From Phoronis australis (lineage: Eukaryota > Animalia > Phoronida): a stretch of DNA of 64,000 nucleotides. Shown here one piece after another: positions 60,559 through 64,000 of this stretch (within the stretch, counting starts at the first letter, position 1; each line of letters begins with the position of its first letter). Location: contig NMRA01000001.1 of NCBI GenBank assembly GCA_002633005.1, positions 772,448 to 836,447 of the forward strand. The letters are read 5' to 3'. Below the pieces are notes generated by a model. That model was given only the letters and a program-made list of their open reading frames with translations. It was not told where the DNA came from and did no database searches. A program made the position numbers and the translations under genes.

Positions 60559-61890
60559 CTGAAACGTAAAATTTCAGTATTTATTTGAGAATTGGCAAAA
60601 TTAACAAAGAGCATACATGTACCAGGTTACCTTGCACGTCACATTGTGTGGACTAACCGCATATGTACATGGGAGTAGTTCCGGACATGCACGTGTCCCA
60701 CCAGATAGAGGCTGTGTCTATTTCCAAGAGTACATGCGCGTGAAACTAATGAGAGAAATCAGATAATTAATTTTTTAAATATTACGAGAGTGAAGCTTGA
60801 CTTCTCTCTGCTCATGTGACATTACTTAATACACCGGTGTGTCGCCACAAATCGGAAAGGAGTCAGATAAGATAAAAAATTTAAGAAATAGTGTAGAAGC
60901 CAGTCTAATGGTTAAACTTGGTTCAACCCTTAAGGTGACAACCCCGGGTGGTTAACAGGGGATAGCTCTCGAACCAGTTCATCCGAAAACTTCTGATGCC
61001 ACAAAATCTTTTATTCAAAATTCTCGGCTAAACGCCCGTTTCCATAGAATTTGAAAAACCCCTAAAACATCTTGACAACTTTAAAATCTGAAGAAGTAGC
61101 AGTGTAATTCTTACGTTTGTCAGCTTTTTGTCATGTTACAGTTGTAAATAAATCAAAATTTTCAAAAAGTTTAAGAATTTTGACAAGTGTGTTGAAACGT
61201 GAATGCCAATAGTGTGACGAGAAGTACGATTTGAGGGTCTCAAATTGTAAACGAGGATTTGGGTTTCTTAATTACTATTTTCTGGCATGCTTGCGATGAA
61301 TATATTTAGGAAGCTGAGTTTTTAAAACTCATAACTTTCTGTTAATGTGTACAAAAGACAATCAGTAACCACGTTTGTAATAAACATGCTTATTTACGTC
61401 ATTTTAAGACATTTTACCATTTAATTATTTTATTCATTTAAACCGGCTTTCCTTTTCTAATTGGGTTTTAAGTTGAAGACGTATATTTATCGTTAACTGT
61501 GTGTAGCTTACCTAAACGTATTAGAAGCTTTTACTTTGATAAATAATAAATATTCTATGAACAAAATGTTCGCCTGGAGAGACAAGGGCAGTATAAATTA
61601 ATTGAAATTTAAATTATCAGTTTCAAAATAGAGAATGCAATGCTTCTTAAAACGCCCTTGCTACAGATTTCTTGCCCACAAACACCCAACAGTTTATTCA
61701 GGAAAACTCGCATTCGTGAAATATCGATCTTGGAACACCAAGACCCTTTGGTTGTGCACCGTAACATGTTAAAACTGATCAGGTTACTTTGACGGACAAA
61801 TCTTTGACGGTTGTTTTGGAAGCGATGTATTGTGTCACATCCCGGGGAATGCTTACATCCGTACGTTAATGATTGACGCTTATGATGGCT

Positions 61891-62505
61891 CAGTGCGAAA
61901 TAATTCCGATTTATTTCTTAAGTAAATGGGAACTATGTGTGACATAAATTATTATGTTTCACAAAAATAATTTATGTCTGACATAATCCTCGAATAACAT
62001 CGTCCATAATTTATTTATTTCAACCATAATTCTATTGATATCGGACATATATAACATTAACATCCATCATTACTCTACCCATATCTGGCATAAATCGCAT
62101 TTATGTTTGACATAAGTCAGCCAATGAGAATCGTCAATACTACTCATTGATTCAGCTTGCAAAGTTTGCAGCCGATTTAGTACCATGTTAACGTTTTTAA
62201 ATGATGACGGTTTCATCAATGAATAAACTACTTACGTACTCAATCACAGTTTGCTTGACATTTGCAGAAAAACGGCACGGTCTGTATGAAACGCTGTGTT
62301 TGCGTAGTAAACATGGAAAACCTATCGCCAATTGTCATTCGCTGACTTATGTCAGACATAAATACGATTTGTGTCAGATATAAACAGAATGATGGTGGAT
62401 ATTCAATATTTAAATTTAATATACGGATTACGGTTGGCATTAATCAATTATGCACGATATTGTTCGAGAATCATGTCAGACATAAATCGGAATCATATTG
62501 CACTG
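61891..62505. mobile_element. MITE with ~24-bp TIRs and internal TTATGTCNGACATAA palindromes
   Basis: Ends CAGTGCGAAATAATTCCGATTTAT / ATAAATCGGAATCATATTGCACTG. At least five (T)ATGTNNGACATAA copies inside. Confidence 0.7.
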
Positions 62506-62522
62506 CGTCAACCATATACGAT

Positions 62523-62721
62523 TGCAACTAGGACCTAAGCCACAAACCTGGAACACACTGGGTAGCTATTTACCTTACCGAGGATGGAAAAGGAGAATAT
62601 TTTAACTCATGTGGTGCGCTACCACTATTGCACACATTGCGAGAGTTTTGCATAGAAATACCAATAAAGGACAACCCAGAACAGACAACTTTAGGGGCTT
62701 ACCTCGGCAGTTTGTGGATGA
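62523..62721 (+). pseudogene. Decayed adenain-like cysteine protease of a Polinton/Maverick (adintovirus-like) element
   Basis: CN*DLSHKPGTHWVAIYLTEDGKGEYFNSCGALPLL..EF, then after frameshifts LHRNTNK..RQL*GLTSAVCG. This matches the NTD..PGxHWVA..YFDSYG..LQ..SxVCG layout, with stops and frameshifts. Confidence 0.75.
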
Positions 62722-64000
62722 ATACACAAAACCTACCGAGTGGCGTAGACGAAGTAATATCCCTCGGTCGATACCTGGAATGATGTCGAGTGGGATATTA
62801 CTTCATTTACGCCAATCGAGATACGTTTTGTACTGATCCCATTTGCTACGAATTCCTAAGTTTCTTTCATTTTATCGGCATTTTTCTTAATACTTCACCC
62901 AGACTGATCATGTGGCGGATCACATCCTATATGTATGTACTTGCGCGTTAGGTTACTAGTTTTCTCTAGTAAAAGAAACAGTTTTATATGTAACAATTTA
63001 TTACTTGAAAGGAGATAACAAAGAATGAAAACAACGGTAACTGTGCATTGAACTTGTAACATCTTCTGGAGCAGTGCTTGTACTGTTATCAGCCAGCAAA
63101 CGGGGATAAAATAATCGACAGCGCGCCTTAATTTTAATAAAATCAAACTACGGACAATTTTATCAAATTTGCTGAAGAAATGTGGCGAAAAAAACTTGAC
63201 AGAAATTATTTTGCCAGACTCGGGACCGCAGCCTATCGGACCCGGTGCGGATCGAGACCAGACACTGGCAAACGGTAAATGCATGCGGTTGCAAGCTGTT
63301 TTGTCGAAGTAAAATGGTCAAATCATAAATGCTGCATATATTCAAGGGTAGTTTTAGACACTTGCATGAAATTACGGGCTGGTTAGTCCTGTGTCACACT
63401 GCCGCAGCAGACCTTAGTTAGCCTCAGTCACCAGCTACCAGTGAACACTATCGTCAAAATATAGCTTGTTAGTAGGCCTATACAGCTTTGCGCCAAGGCT
63501 ACCCTTAGGCCTAACTGGTCGCTGGCCACAGCGCTCGCTCAAACGAGGTTTATTTAGAACTTGGGTTCTTCTGGCGAACTGTGGAAAGTTGATGGCTTTC
63601 AATAGAGATTTTTCCAGACTTTGTATGAGCGCACCAAGCCTAAAAGAATGGGGGGGGCTGGAATTTTTGGGAATGTCACATCTTTTACTATAAGATTCAG
63701 TAGGTATGTTCAGAGCTATGAATTGCAGACTCTAAATTTTGGTACTTCCTATCTTCTAGTGGAATGATTGTTTCTTTTTTTAGCAACGTTTGTCAAAATG
63801 TATCAACGTTAAATCTTCACAAATTACAAAGTAGCCGATTGAACATGCCTTTCAGTTCAGCAAAAGTCGCCATGTTGTCGGTGCCGCCAGAAATGAGACG
63901 AAGTCCAACGGGAATTGTGAGCACATTTATCACTTAATGAGTAACAACTGCGAGGCTGAAATTTGGTGAACACTGTTAAATCGTGCAGAATAGTAAGTAA

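Overview
AT-rich, intron-containing animal genomic DNA (invertebrate-like; species not identifiable from sequence alone), with N gaps at 16980-16998 and 51986-52358. Eight spliced protein-coding genes were reconstructed by hand with GT-AG boundaries and consistent phases: RNASEH2C (-, runs off the left edge), an uncharacterised 106-aa single-pass membrane protein (+), a countin-like saposin-domain protein (-), a CCDC197/CCDC42-family DUF4200 coiled-coil protein (+), Salvador SAV1 (-), radial spoke head RSPH4A/6A (+), an NPC2/ML-domain protein (-) and an orphan 203-aa secreted cysteine-rich repeat protein (-). The first seven genes strictly alternate strand, giving three head-to-head pairs, and two tail-to-tail junctions have mirrored poly(A) signals. 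Introns and intergenic DNA hold MITE-like foldback elements, a CR1/L2 LINE relic, tandem repeats and a decayed Polinton/Maverick-type protease. No CRISPR array, rRNA or tRNA was seen. Family assignments rest on recalled motifs, not database searches.
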